Of a stretch of 61,789 bases of DNA, positions 18,117 to 27,324 are shown piece by piece; the first letter of the stretch is position 1; every line of letters begins with the position of its first letter. The notes beneath the pieces were generated by a model, which made no database searches, had not been told where the DNA came from, and worked only from the letters and a program-made list of their open reading frames with translations. Origin of the DNA: Acidimicrobiia bacterium (GTDB lineage: Bacteria; Actinomycetota; Acidimicrobiia; Spongiisociales; JALYHC01). Made by a program: the position numbers and the translations under genes. Where the stretch lies: positions 1 to 61,789 of the forward strand of contig JBOGFC010000081.1 of the NCBI GenBank assembly GCA_050742155.1, given 5' to 3'.

Positions 18117-18646
18117 GCGAGTTCGTGGAGACCCCGAGAGGGCTGGCCGAGCCTCAACCCGAGCCGCTTGAACCCGACCACCCACTGATCCAGGGGCTGG
18201 CCGAGCAGTTCGAGGATGTGCGGTGGGCCACCTCCTACGGCGAGCGGGTGGCCCTCGTCCCCCGGGAGCGGTTGGTCGAGTTCGCCACGGCCGCCCGGGA
18301 GGCCGGTTTCGAGATGTGCGTGGACGTCACGGCGGTGGACTACCTGCACCGCCGGCCCCGCTTCGAGGTGGTGGCGATGCTGCTGTCCCTGCGGCATCAG
18401 CAGCGGCTCCGCTTGCGAGTGGCCGTGCCGGGTGATGACCCGACCGTGCCCTCCTTGGTTCCCGTCTATCCGGGGGCCAACTATTTCGAGCGGGAGGCCT
18501 ACGACATGTTCGGGATCGAGTTCACCGAGCACCCGGACCTGAGCCGCATCCTCATGCCGGATGACTGGGAGGGGCACCCGCTCCGGAAGGATTACCCGGT
18601 CGGGGCCGTCCAGGTGCAGTTCAAAGACGCCCCCCGGGTGTCATGA
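18113..18646 (+). CDS. nuoC: NADH-quinone oxidoreductase subunit C
   Basis: [40 protein letters not shown]. The GTG start overlaps the nuoB stop. Confidence 0.93.
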
Positions 18647-18651
18647 AGGGC

Positions 18652-18701
18652 GTTCTGGCGCGCGCCAATCGGGCTATAGCCCGACAGATGCGCGCCAAAA
18701 C
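18652..18701. repeat. Repeat family C, copy 1 (GTTCTGGCGCGC...GCGCGCCAAAAC)
   Basis: Outer arms with one mismatch and inner hairpin TCGGGC-TATA-GCCCGA. It lies in the nuoC-nuoD gap of operon 1. Confidence 0.75.
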
Positions 18702-18722
18702 ACAGCGGGACCCGGTCCGAGC

Positions 18723-20180
18723 ATGACCGTTCCCCCCGACCTCCCCACCGGCGAGTTGGAGACGCCTTCGATCGAGCAGGTCGAGGGTGAGCGAGAGATG
18801 CGAGCCCGGGTCGAGACCGAGCGCCGCCGCGAGAAGCGCCGCCGCTTCCGGGACCTGTGGGTGTCCGGCACCGAGGAGCCCGCCTGGCCGATCCACCCCA
18901 CCGACGAGGGCGCCCAGGAGATGCTCCCGGTCGGTGAGGTCTCGGCGGAGGTCCTGCGGAACCAGATGGGGATGGGGGTGGCGTCCGATTATCTCTACGA
19001 GGAGGAGGTCTCCGACGAGGAGATCACCATCCTCAACATGGGGCCCCAGCATCCCTCCACCCACGGGGTGCTCCGACTGCAGCTCGAGCTGGAGGGAGAG
19101 CTCATTCGGCGGGCCAAGCCGGTCGTCGGCTACCTCCACACCGGGATGGAGAAGACCGCCGAGACCCTCACCTTCATGCAGGGGCCCACCAACGTCACCC
19201 GCATGGACTACCTCTCCCCGTTCTTCAACGAGCTGGTCTTCTCGCTGGCCACCGAGGCTCTCCTCGGGCTCGACGTTCCGCCCCGTGCCCAGGCGATCCG
19301 GATCCTCATGACCGAGCTGAACCGGGTATCGAGCCACCTCCTCTGGCTGGCCACCCAGGGCCTGGACATGGGGGCGATCTCGGTGATGCTCTACGGCTTC
19401 CGGGAACGGGAGCTGCTGATCGAATTCTTCGAGAAGACCACCGGCCTGCGGATGAATCACAACTACATCCGCCCGGGCGGGGTGGCGGCCGAACTGCACG
19501 ACGGCTGGGAGGAGGACGTCGAGAGGATCGTGGAGACCATGCCCGGACGCCTGGTCGAATACGAGGACCTGCTCACCGACAACCCCATCTGGCTGGGCCG
19601 AACCGTCGGGGTGGGGGTGATCACCGAGGAGGAGTGCCTGGCCTACGGGATCACCGGGCCGATCCTGCGAGCCACCGGCCGGGCCTGGGATCTTCGCAAG
19701 ACCTTTCCGTACAGCGGCATCGAGCGGTACCAGTTCGAGGTTCCCACCCGTTCCAACGGGGACGTGTACGACCGGTATCTGGTGCGGATCGAGGAGATCC
19801 GCCAGTCATTGGCCATCGTCCGCCAGGTGGCCGAGGCGATGCCCGAGGGTGACTACCGCAGCGAGGACCGCAAGGTCACGCCGCCTCCCCGGGCCCGTAT
19901 CGACCAGTCCATGGAAGCGCTCATCCATCACTTCAAGATCTTCACCGAAGGGTTCAAGGTCCCGGCGGGGGAGGTCTACAAGTCGGTGGAGTCCCCGCGG
20001 GGGGAGCTGGGCTGTTACCTGGTCTCGGACGGCACCGCCAAGCCGTGGCGGTGCCACATCCGCGCTCCCTCGTTCGCCAACCTGCACGCCCTGCCGATCA
20101 TGATGGCCGGCACGATGGTGGCCGACACCATCGCCACCATCGCTTCGGTGGATCCGGTGATGGGGGACGTGGACCGGTGA
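18723..20180 (+). CDS. nuoD: NADH-quinone oxidoreductase subunit D with a roughly 100-aa N-terminal extension
   Basis: LNMGPQHPSTHGVLRL and a C-terminal ASVDPVMGDVDR. Codon third-position GC is high from ATG 18723 onward, which supports the long charged N-terminus. Confidence 0.92.
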   Translation: MTVPPDLPTGELETPSIEQVEGEREMRARVETERRREKRRRFRDLWVSGTEEPAWPIHPTDEGAQEMLPVGEVSAEVLRNQMGMGVASDYLYEEEVSDEEITILNMGPQHPSTHGVLRLQLELEGELIRRAKPVVGYLHTGMEKTAETLTFMQGPTNVTRMDYLSPFFNELVFSLATEALLGLDVPPRAQAIRILMTELNRVSSHLLWLATQGLDMGAISVMLYGFRERELLIEFFEKTTGLRMNHNYIRPGGVAAELHDGWEEDVERIVETMPGRLVEYEDLLTDNPIWLGRTVGVGVITEEECLAYGITGPILRATGRAWDLRKTFPYSGIERYQFEVPTRSNGDVYDRYLVRIEEIRQSLAIVRQVAEAMPEGDYRSEDRKVTPPPRARIDQSMEALIHHFKIFTEGFKVPAGEVYKSVESPRGELGCYLVSDGTAKPWRCHIRAPSFANLHALPIMMAGTMVADTIATIASVDPVMGDVDR

Positions 20181-20259
20181 TCTACCCGATGTGCTCCACG
20201 GGTTCGGCGCTCCTAGCCGTGATGCGACCGGTTTGGTCTTCTCCGCCCCCGGCCCTGCC

Positions 20260-20874
20260 ATGAGCTGGAGCAAGGAGAACCAAGCGCGCGCCAGGCGCCT
20301 CCTCGAGTCATACCCCGACCAACGCTCGGCCGTCATGCCGCTCCTCTACCTGGCCATCACCGAGCACGGGTACGTCTCCCACCAGGCCGTGGAAGAGGTG
20401 GCCGAATGGGTAGGGCTCACTCCGGCCCAGGTGCTGACCGTGGTCACCTTCTACACCATGTACAAGCAGGACCCGGTCGGGCGCTACCTGGTCGCGGTGT
20501 GCACCTCGCTGCCCTGCATGCTGTCCGGGGCCGACGAGGTCCTCGGGGCGGTGGAGGAGGAGACTGGGATCCCCGACGGGGAGACGGGCGAGGACCGCTT
20601 CTTCTCCGTCGAGCATGTGGAATGCATCGGGGCCTGCGGAGGGGCGCCGGCCGTGCAGGTCAACTACGAGCTGATCGAGGGCGTCGGCCCCGACCAGGCC
20701 CGCGGGCTGTGCCGGTGGCTGCGGGAGGCGCAGCCGCAGGTGGTCCTCGCCGACGAGATGCAGAGCCTGTTCGGCGGCCGGCGCTCGTTCGACTGGGGTC
20801 CGCCCGAGCCGGAAGGGGCGGTAGCCCCGGTACCGGCCTTCGGCCCGTACGGGACGGCAGGGGAGGGACGATGA
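20260..20874 (+). CDS. nuoE: NADH-quinone oxidoreductase subunit E
   Basis: Thioredoxin-like [2Fe-2S] motifs CTSLPCML and ECIGACGGAP. The start is taken at ATG 20260. Confidence 0.92.
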   Translation: MSWSKENQARARRLLESYPDQRSAVMPLLYLAITEHGYVSHQAVEEVAEWVGLTPAQVLTVVTFYTMYKQDPVGRYLVAVCTSLPCMLSGADEVLGAVEEETGIPDGETGEDRFFSVEHVECIGACGGAPAVQVNYELIEGVGPDQARGLCRWLREAQPQVVLADEMQSLFGGRRSFDWGPPEPEGAVAPVPAFGPYGTAGEGR

Positions 20875-20924
20875 GTTCTTGTGACGCTTATCAACCCATG
20901 AGGCACCGAACCGTCACAAGAACG
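20875..20924. repeat. Repeat family A, copy 2
   Basis: Perfect arms GTTCTTGTGACG (20875-20886) and CGTCACAAGAAC (20912-20923). It fills the nuoE-nuoF intercistronic gap. Confidence 0.85.
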
Positions 20925-20935
20925 ATGGGGGCCGC

Positions 20936-22237
20936 ATGAGCGCCCCGCCGTCCACCTCGATCCTCACCTCCCGGATGGCCGAGCACCCCGAGGACAGCCA
21001 CACCCTCGATCGCTATGAGAAGACGGGCGGCTACCGATCGCTGCGCACCGCCCTGTCCGAGCTGACCCCGGAGCGAGTGCACGAGGAGGTGAGCGCCTCG
21101 GGACTGAAGGGGAGGGGCGGGGCCGGGTTCGCCACCGGCAAGAAGTGGGAGTTCCTCGGCGAGGCCGAGCCTCGCTACCTGGTAGTGAACGCCGACGAGT
21201 CGGAGCCCGGCACCTTCAAGGACCGCCAGCTCCTCGAGCGCGACCCCCACCAGGTCCTGGAGGGGATCATCCTCTGCTCATACGCCAACCGCATCAACCG
21301 GGCCTTCGTCTACCTGCGAGGGGAGTACCCGAAGCCGGCCCGACGTCTGCAGCGAGCCGTCGACGAGGCGTCCCAGGCCGGCTATCTCGGCGGCGACATC
21401 CTCGGCTCGGGGTTCGACCTGGAGATCACCCTCCACCTGGGGGCCGGCGCCTACATCTGCGGGGAGGAGACCGCCCTCCTCAACAGCCTGGAAGGAAAGC
21501 GGGGGGAGCCTCGCATCCGGCCTCCCTTCCCGGCCGTGGAGGGCCTCTACGGCAAGCCGACCATCGTCAACAACGTGGAGACGCTGGCCAACCTCCCCTG
21601 GATCGTCGAGCACGGTGGCCAGGCCTACGCCGAGCTGGGCGCCCCGTCGCTGACCGGCACCCGCCTCTACAGCCTCTCGGGACACGTCAAGCGGCCGGGG
21701 AACTACGAGGTGGAGAACGGCCTGCCCTTTCGGGAGTTCATCTTCGACTACGGCGGCGGTATCCGGGACGATCGCCGGCTCAAGGCCTTCATCCCCGGGG
21801 GGGCCTCCGCACCGTGGCTTACCGACCAGCACCTCGAGGTCCGGATGGACATGGACTCGATCACCGAGGTGAAGTCGATGCTGGGCTCGGGAGCCGTCAC
21901 GGTGATGGACGAGACGACCTGCATGGTGCGGGCCGCCCTCCGCACCGTCCGCTTCTTCGCCCACGAGTCGTGCGGGGAATGCACCCCGTGCCGGGAGGGG
22001 ACCGGCTGGCTCGAGCGGGTGCTGTGGCGCATCGAGCACGGCGAGGGTCGCCATGCCGACCTCGACCTCCTCCTCGACGTCTCCGACAACATCAGCCCGG
22101 GATTGAGCTGGCCGCCGGCCATGACCACCATCTGCGGACTGGGGCCATCGGCCGTCCAGCCGATCGTCTCCGGACTCACCTATTTCAAGGAGGAGTTCCT
22201 GCGGCACGTCCAGGAGGGAGGATGCCCGCTTGGCTGA
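20936..22237 (+). CDS. nuoF: NADH-quinone oxidoreductase subunit F
   Basis: GLKGRGGAGFATGKKW, VVNADESEPGTFKDR, and the ESCGECTPCREG N3 cluster motif. Confidence 0.95.
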   Translation: MSAPPSTSILTSRMAEHPEDSHTLDRYEKTGGYRSLRTALSELTPERVHEEVSASGLKGRGGAGFATGKKWEFLGEAEPRYLVVNADESEPGTFKDRQLLERDPHQVLEGIILCSYANRINRAFVYLRGEYPKPARRLQRAVDEASQAGYLGGDILGSGFDLEITLHLGAGAYICGEETALLNSLEGKRGEPRIRPPFPAVEGLYGKPTIVNNVETLANLPWIVEHGGQAYAELGAPSLTGTRLYSLSGHVKRPGNYEVENGLPFREFIFDYGGGIRDDRRLKAFIPGGASAPWLTDQHLEVRMDMDSITEVKSMLGSGAVTVMDETTCMVRAALRTVRFFAHESCGECTPCREGTGWLERVLWRIEHGEGRHADLDLLLDVSDNISPGLSWPPAMTTICGLGPSAVQPIVSGLTYFKEEFLRHVQEGGCPLG

Positions 22238-24641
22238 GCCGGTGAAGATCACGGTGAACGGGGATGAATGGGAGGTGGCCAAGGGGGCGCTCCTCATCGC
22301 GGCCTGCCAGGACCGAGGGGTCTACATCCCCCGCTTCTGCTGGCACCCACGGATGAATCCGGTGGGGATATGCCGGATGTGCCTGGTGGAGGTGGAGGGA
22401 CCCCGCGGGAAGCAGCTCACCATCTCCTGCACGCTGCCCGTCGACGACGGCATGAAGGTCTTCACCGAGTCCGAGGCGGTGCGCAAGGCCCAGGATGGAG
22501 TGCTGGAGTTCCTGCTCATCAACCATCCTCTGGACTGCCCGGTCTGCGACCGGGGCGGGGAATGCCCTCTCCAGGACCAGACCATGACCTACGGGCCCGG
22601 GGAGAGCCGCTTCGTGGAGGAGAAGCGGCATTTCCAAAAGCCGATCCCGATCTCGGAACTGGTCACCCTGGACCGGGAGCGCTGCGTCCAGTGTGCCCGT
22701 TGCACCCGGTTCGCCGAGGAGATCTCCGGCGACCCCCTGCTCACCTTCCAGGGCCGGGGCTACTACACCGAGGTGAACACCTTTCCGGATGAGCCGTTCG
22801 CATCGTACTTCTCGGGCAACACCGTGCAGATCTGCCCGGTGGGGGCCCTCACCGCCACCCCCTACCGGTTCCGGGCCCGCCCCTGGGACCTGCGGGCGGT
22901 GGAGAGCACCTGCCCGCACTGCGCGGTGGGCTGCCGGATCTCCGTGCAAGCCAGCCAGAACCAGGTGCTCCGCTTCCTGGGCGTGGACAATGAGCCCACC
23001 AACCAGGGCTGGTTGTGTGACAAGGGCCGCTTCGGCTACGAGTTCATCGGCTCGAAGGAGCGCCTCACCACCCCGCTCATCCGTGAGGACGGCCGGCTCC
23101 GCGAGGCCGGTTGGGGCGAGGCGCTCGACCTGGTGGCGGATCGCCTCCGGGCGGTGGTCGAGGAGCATGGGGGCCAGGGGGTGGCCGGCTTGGGCGGTGC
23201 CCGAGGCACCAATGAGGACGCCTACGCCTTCGGAACCTTCCTGCGAGAGGTGATCGGTACCAGACACCTCGACGCCCAGCTGGGTGATGGTCTCGACCCG
23301 CAGTTCGTGGTGGGGGTGACCAACCGAGCCACCATCCCCGACGTGATGGCCGCCAGGGCCATCTTGCTGTGGGGACCGGACCTCAAGGAGGAGCTGCCGG
23401 TGCTCTACCTGCGGGTGCGCTGGGCGGCCCAGGAGCTGGGTGCCACGCTGGTGGTGGTGCACCCCCGGCGCACCGGCCTCGATGACCGGGCCACCCACAA
23501 GCTCGCCTACCGGCCCGGGGAGGGCGCCGAGCTGCTGGGCAGGCTGATGGCCGGCAAAGGGGAGCTGAACCAGGCGCGGGAGAGCCTTTCGGACGGGCCC
23601 GTGGTGGCATTGGTAGGGCGGACCGGGCTCTCCGAGGATCCCCGGCTGGCCGAGGCGGTGGCCGCCTTCGCCGCCGATGATCTGGGAGCCAAGCTCATGC
23701 CGCTGGCGCGCCGCTCCAACGTCTACGGGGCGCTCGACATGGGGCTGGCCCCGACGCTTCTGCCCGGCCGCCGAGCCGGAGAGCGGGGTCGCGATGCCAG
23801 AGGCATCCTGGAGGGCTTGGCGTCGGGAGACCTCAAAGCGCTGCTCCTCAACGGTGCCGACCCGGCCGACGACTTTCCGGACCGAGGACTGGCCGGGCGG
23901 GCGCTGGATTCGGCCGAGCTGGTGGTGGCGCTCGACCTGTTCCTGACCGGGTCCTCGAGCCGGGCCGATGTGGTGCTGCCCGTGCAGGGGTTCGCCGAGA
24001 AGGAGGGGACGGTGACCAACCTGGAGGGAAGGGTCCAGAAAGTCAACGCCCTCGTCCCGGCGCCCGGGCAGGCCAGAGCCGAGTGGTCCGTCATCCAGGA
24101 CCTCTCCCAGCGGATGGGGCGCTCGCTGGGGTTCGACTCGGCCGAGGCGGTGGCCGCCCGGATCGCCGAGGACGCTCCTGCCTACCGGGGCATCACCTGG
24201 TCGGCGCTGGACTTCGGAGAGGGACGGAAGGGGATCGTGGTCCCCGGGCCGGAAGGGACTCAGCCCCTCGAGTACATCCCGGTGAACGCTCTCCCCCAGA
24301 AGCCCAAGGGCCGTAAGAAGAAGGGCAGGCTCAGGCTGCACCTGGCGCGGGTGCTCTACGACCGGGGGGTGCACGTTCGATTCGGCCCATCGCTGGCCGG
24401 GCTGGCTCCCGGGCCGAGGGCGTTCCTCCATCCTCGGGACGCCGAAGGGCTGGGCGCCCAGATCCGCCTCACCACCTCCCAGGGATCGGTTGAGCTGCCG
24501 GTTGCGCTCGACCCGAGCCTGGAGCCGGGCACCGTCTACGTGCCCTTCAACCAGGACGAGGTCTCGCTGGGCGACGCCATCGACGTGGAGATGACCCAAG
24601 TTCCCCCTCCCGCTGGGAGGGGAAGAGGGGGAGGGTCCTGA
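22230..24641 (+). CDS. nuoG: NADH-quinone oxidoreductase subunit G
   Basis: N-terminal 2Fe-2S and 4Fe-4S Cys patterns (CWHPRMNPVGICRMC, HPLDCPVCDRGGEC, CVQCARC) and a molybdopterin-like domain. TTG start. The last roughly 15 codons derive from repeat B3. Confidence 0.93.
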   Translation: MAEPVKITVNGDEWEVAKGALLIAACQDRGVYIPRFCWHPRMNPVGICRMCLVEVEGPRGKQLTISCTLPVDDGMKVFTESEAVRKAQDGVLEFLLINHPLDCPVCDRGGECPLQDQTMTYGPGESRFVEEKRHFQKPIPISELVTLDRERCVQCARCTRFAEEISGDPLLTFQGRGYYTEVNTFPDEPFASYFSGNTVQICPVGALTATPYRFRARPWDLRAVESTCPHCAVGCRISVQASQNQVLRFLGVDNEPTNQGWLCDKGRFGYEFIGSKERLTTPLIREDGRLREAGWGEALDLVADRLRAVVEEHGGQGVAGLGGARGTNEDAYAFGTFLREVIGTRHLDAQLGDGLDPQFVVGVTNRATIPDVMAARAILLWGPDLKEELPVLYLRVRWAAQELGATLVVVHPRRTGLDDRATHKLAYRPGEGAELLGRLMAGKGELNQARESLSDGPVVALVGRTGLSEDPRLAEAVAAFAADDLGAKLMPLARRSNVYGALDMGLAPTLLPGRRAGERGRDARGILEGLASGDLKALLLNGADPADDFPDRGLAGRALDSAELVVALDLFLTGSSSRADVVLPVQGFAEKEGTVTNLEGRVQKVNALVPAPGQARAEWSVIQDLSQRMGRSLGFDSAEAVAARIAEDAPAYRGITWSALDFGEGRKGIVVPGPEGTQPLEYIPVNALPQKPKGRKKKGRLRLHLARVLYDRGVHVRFGPSLAGLAPGPRAFLHPRDAEGLGAQIRLTTSQGSVELPVALDPSLEPGTVYVPFNQDEVSLGDAIDVEMTQVPPPAGRGRGGGS
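24603..24635. repeat. Repeat family B, copy 3
   Basis: CCCCCTCCCGCTGGGAGGGGAAGAGGGGGAGGG forms the last codons of nuoG (PPPAGRGRGGGS). Confidence 0.7.
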
Positions 24642-25699
24642 TGGACTGGGTGGGCTTGGGGATCCTGGTGGCCAAGGTCCTGGTGGCCTTCGGCTTCCTG
24701 CTCGTCTCGGTGCTGCTCTTGATCTGGGTGGAGCGCAAGGTGGTGGCCGACATGCAGAGCCGGGTGGGCCCCGACCGGGCCGGGCCGTGGGGGATCCTCC
24801 AGTCGCTGGCCGACGGCATCAAGCTCTTCTTCAAGGAGCAGGTCACCCCGTCCAAGGTAGCGCTGGGTGCCTACCTGGCCGCACCGGTGCTGGCGCTGCT
24901 GCCGGCGTTCCTCACCTTCCTGGTGGTGCCGGTGGGACGGCCGCTCACCATCGGGGAACGCCTCATCCCGCTGCAGGCGATGGACCTGAACGTCGGCGTC
25001 CTCTACATCCTGGCCATGTCGTCGGTGGCCGTCTACGCGGTGGTGCTGGCCGGCTGGTCCTCGGGCTCCAAGTACCCGCTGCTGGGCGGGGTGCGCTCCA
25101 CCGCCCAGATGATCTCCTACGAGGCGGCGATGGGTCTGGCACTGGTGCCGCTGGTGATGTTCGCCGGCACCATGTCGCTGGCCGAGATCGTCGTCCGGCA
25201 GGGCGGCACCTGGTGGGGGCCGATCCCCCGGTGGTTCGTCTTCCCCCAGTTCATCCCCTTCCTCCTCTTCTTCATAGCGGCGGTGGCCGAGACCAATCGG
25301 GCTCCCTTCGACCTGGTAGAGGCCGAACAGGAGCTGGTGGGCGGCTTCCACACCGAGTACAGCGGCATCCGCTTCGCCATGTTCTTCCTGGCCGAGTACA
25401 TCAACATCCTCAACGTCTCCGCCCTGGCCGTGACGCTCTTCTTGGGCGGGTACCAGGGCTTCAACTTCGGGCTGGAGGGCAACCCGGCCAGCCTGGTCTC
25501 GGTGGGATGGTTCCTCCTCAAGCTGGGAGCTCTCCTGTTCGTCTTCGTGTGGATCCGGGCCACCTTCCCCCGGCTGCGTTACGACCAGCTCATGATGGTG
25601 GGCTGGAAACGGATGATCCCGGTGGCGCTGGTCTGGCTGGTGGCGTCCACGGTGGCGATCTCGCTGCGGCAGTTCGGCCTGCCCTGGGCGGGGAGCTGA
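24641..25699 (+). CDS. nuoH: NADH-quinone oxidoreductase subunit H
   Basis: ERKVVADMQSRVGPDRAGPWGILQSLADGIKL, AETNRAPFDLVEAEQELV. The ATG overlaps the nuoG stop. Confidence 0.95.
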   Translation: MDWVGLGILVAKVLVAFGFLLVSVLLLIWVERKVVADMQSRVGPDRAGPWGILQSLADGIKLFFKEQVTPSKVALGAYLAAPVLALLPAFLTFLVVPVGRPLTIGERLIPLQAMDLNVGVLYILAMSSVAVYAVVLAGWSSGSKYPLLGGVRSTAQMISYEAAMGLALVPLVMFAGTMSLAEIVVRQGGTWWGPIPRWFVFPQFIPFLLFFIAAVAETNRAPFDLVEAEQELVGGFHTEYSGIRFAMFFLAEYINILNVSALAVTLFLGGYQGFNFGLEGNPASLVSVGWFLLKLGALLFVFVWIRATFPRLRYDQLMMVGWKRMIPVALVWLVASTVAISLRQFGLPWAGS

Positions 25700-25703
25700 G
25701 GGG

Positions 25704-26441
25704 GTGGGCTTCTTGGGGGATCTGTTCGCCCCGCTGGCCGGTCTGAGGGTGACCTTCCGGCAGATGTTCGGGCCGCGGGTGACCGTCAAGTACCCGGAGC
25801 GGAAACGTGTCAAGCCCGAGCGGTTCCACGGGCGCCACGTGCTCAACCGGTACCCGGACGGCATGGAGAAGTGCATCGGCTGTGAGCTGTGCGCGGGGGT
25901 GTGCCCGGCCCGCTGCATCTACGTGCGGGGGGCGGAGAACCCCCCGGAGGCCCCGATCAGCCCCGGGGAGCGGTACGGCTACGTCTACGAGATCAACATG
26001 CTCCGCTGCATCTTCTGCGGCCTGTGCGTGGAGGCCTGTCCCACCGAGGCGATCACCATGACCCACCTGTTCGAGTTCTCCACCACCAACCGGGAAGACT
26101 CCATCTACACCCGAGAGGACCTCTTGATGGATGCGGAGGGGAACATCCCCCACCCGCAGCCGGAAGGGCCGCTGATCGACCTGGCCGAGTTGAAGCTGGG
26201 AGACGGCTGGCTGCGGGCCACCTCGCCCTCGGGACGGGCCGCCTACGAGGGGGTGGTCGCCTGGACCCCCACCGCCGGGATCGGGCTGGCGCCGGCCGAG
26301 CTGGGGCAATCGGGCGAAGCACGGCCCGACGCTTCGGTGGAGCACCCCGAGGGATCGCTCCCTCCCTCTCCCCCTCCCCAGGAGAGAGGGTTAGGGGATC
26401 CCTCTCCCCCTCCCTCTGGGAGGGGGTCGGGGGGAGGGTGA
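25704..26441 (+). CDS. nuoI: NADH-quinone oxidoreductase subunit I with a repeat-derived C-terminal tail
   Basis: CIGCELCAGVCP and CIFCGLCVEACP. At 245 aa it is longer than usual. The last roughly 30 codons run through tandem repeats B4 and B5. Confidence 0.92.
   Translation: MGFLGDLFAPLAGLRVTFRQMFGPRVTVKYPERKRVKPERFHGRHVLNRYPDGMEKCIGCELCAGVCPARCIYVRGAENPPEAPISPGERYGYVYEINMLRCIFCGLCVEACPTEAITMTHLFEFSTTNREDSIYTREDLLMDAEGNIPHPQPEGPLIDLAELKLGDGWLRATSPSGRAAYEGVVAWTPTAGIGLAPAELGQSGEARPDASVEHPEGSLPPSPPPQERGLGDPSPPPSGRGSGGG
26358..26398. repeat. Repeat family B, copy 4
   Basis: CTCCCTCCCTCTCCCCCTCCCCAGGAGAGAGGGTTAGGGGA within the nuoI 3' tail. Confidence 0.65.
26399..26438. repeat. Repeat family B, copy 5 (tandem to copy 4)
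   Basis: TCCCTCTCCCCCTCCCTCTGGGAGGGGGTCGGGGGGAGGG ends at the nuoI stop / nuoJ start. Confidence 0.7.
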
Positions 26442-26962
26442 TGCCCGAGCTGGTGCTCTTCGTGATCTTTGGGGGGGCCGCCCTGTTGGGGGCGGTGACG
26501 GTGGTGTTCGCTCGGAACGCCGTTTACAGCGCCCTCGGCCTGATGCTCACGATGCTCTCCCTGGCGGTCTTCTACGTGGCCCACCTGGCCCATTTCATCG
26601 CAGTCGTACAGGTGATCGTCTACGCCGGAGCGGTGGTGATCCTCTTCTTGTTCGTGATCATGATGATCGGCGTCGACCGGGAGGAGGAGCTCCGCGAGCG
26701 ACTTCCCTTCCAACGCCAGCTGGCCGGGGTGCTGGGGGCGACCTTCCTGGGGGGTCTACTTCTCGCCGGCCGCTTTGCGTGGGTGACGGGGCTTCCGGGC
26801 GAGGCCGCCTTGGTCCGGCAGGGCGGGACCATCGAGGCGATCTCGGAAGCCCTGTTCGGCGAGTGGCTGCTTCCCTTCGAGGTGACCTCGCTTCTCCTGG
26901 TGATCGCCGCCGTGGCGGCGATCGCCCTGGCTTACCTGCCCCCCGGGGGGGAATCTGAGTGA
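26441..26962 (+). CDS. nuoJ: NADH-quinone oxidoreductase subunit J
   Basis: The ATG overlaps the nuoI stop. [24 protein letters not shown]...[18 protein letters not shown]. Confidence 0.9.
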   Translation: MPELVLFVIFGGAALLGAVTVVFARNAVYSALGLMLTMLSLAVFYVAHLAHFIAVVQVIVYAGAVVILFLFVIMMIGVDREEELRERLPFQRQLAGVLGATFLGGLLLAGRFAWVTGLPGEAALVRQGGTIEAISEALFGEWLLPFEVTSLLLVIAAVAAIALAYLPPGGESE

Positions 26963-27264
26963 TCGTGACGGCCGGCTGGTACATGACGCTCTCGGCCGCT
27001 CTGTTCGTGATCGGGGCGGCCGGGATCCTGGTGCGGCGCAATGCCCTGGTGATGTTCATGTCGGTGGAGCTCATGCTGAATGCCGTCAGTCTGAGCTTCG
27101 TGGCGGCCGGGCGGCAGCTCGGGCAGCTCACCGGTCAGATCGCGGTCTTCTTCGTGATGGTGGTGGCGGCCGCCGAGGTGGTGGTGGGCCTGGCCATCAT
27201 CGTGGCCGTGTTCCGGCGACGGGCCACCGCCTCGGTGGACGAGCTGTCGGAGCTGAGGGGATAG
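26959..27264 (+). CDS. nuoK: NADH-quinone oxidoreductase subunit K
   Basis: 101 aa, 3 [18 protein letters not shown]...[13 protein letters not shown]. Confidence 0.93.
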   Translation: MIVTAGWYMTLSAALFVIGAAGILVRRNALVMFMSVELMLNAVSLSFVAAGRQLGQLTGQIAVFFVMVVAAAEVVVGLAIIVAVFRRRATASVDELSELRG

Positions 27265-27274
27265 GGTGCCTCTT

Positions 27275-27323
27275 GTTCTTGTGACGCTTAGCCACCCGGA
27301 GCGTGGTTATCCGTCACAAGAAC
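27275..27323. repeat. Repeat family A, copy 3
   Basis: Perfect arms at 27275-27286 and 27312-27323. It lies in the nuoK-nuoL gap and ends 1-16 nt before the candidate nuoL starts. Confidence 0.85.
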
Positions 27324-27324
27324 G

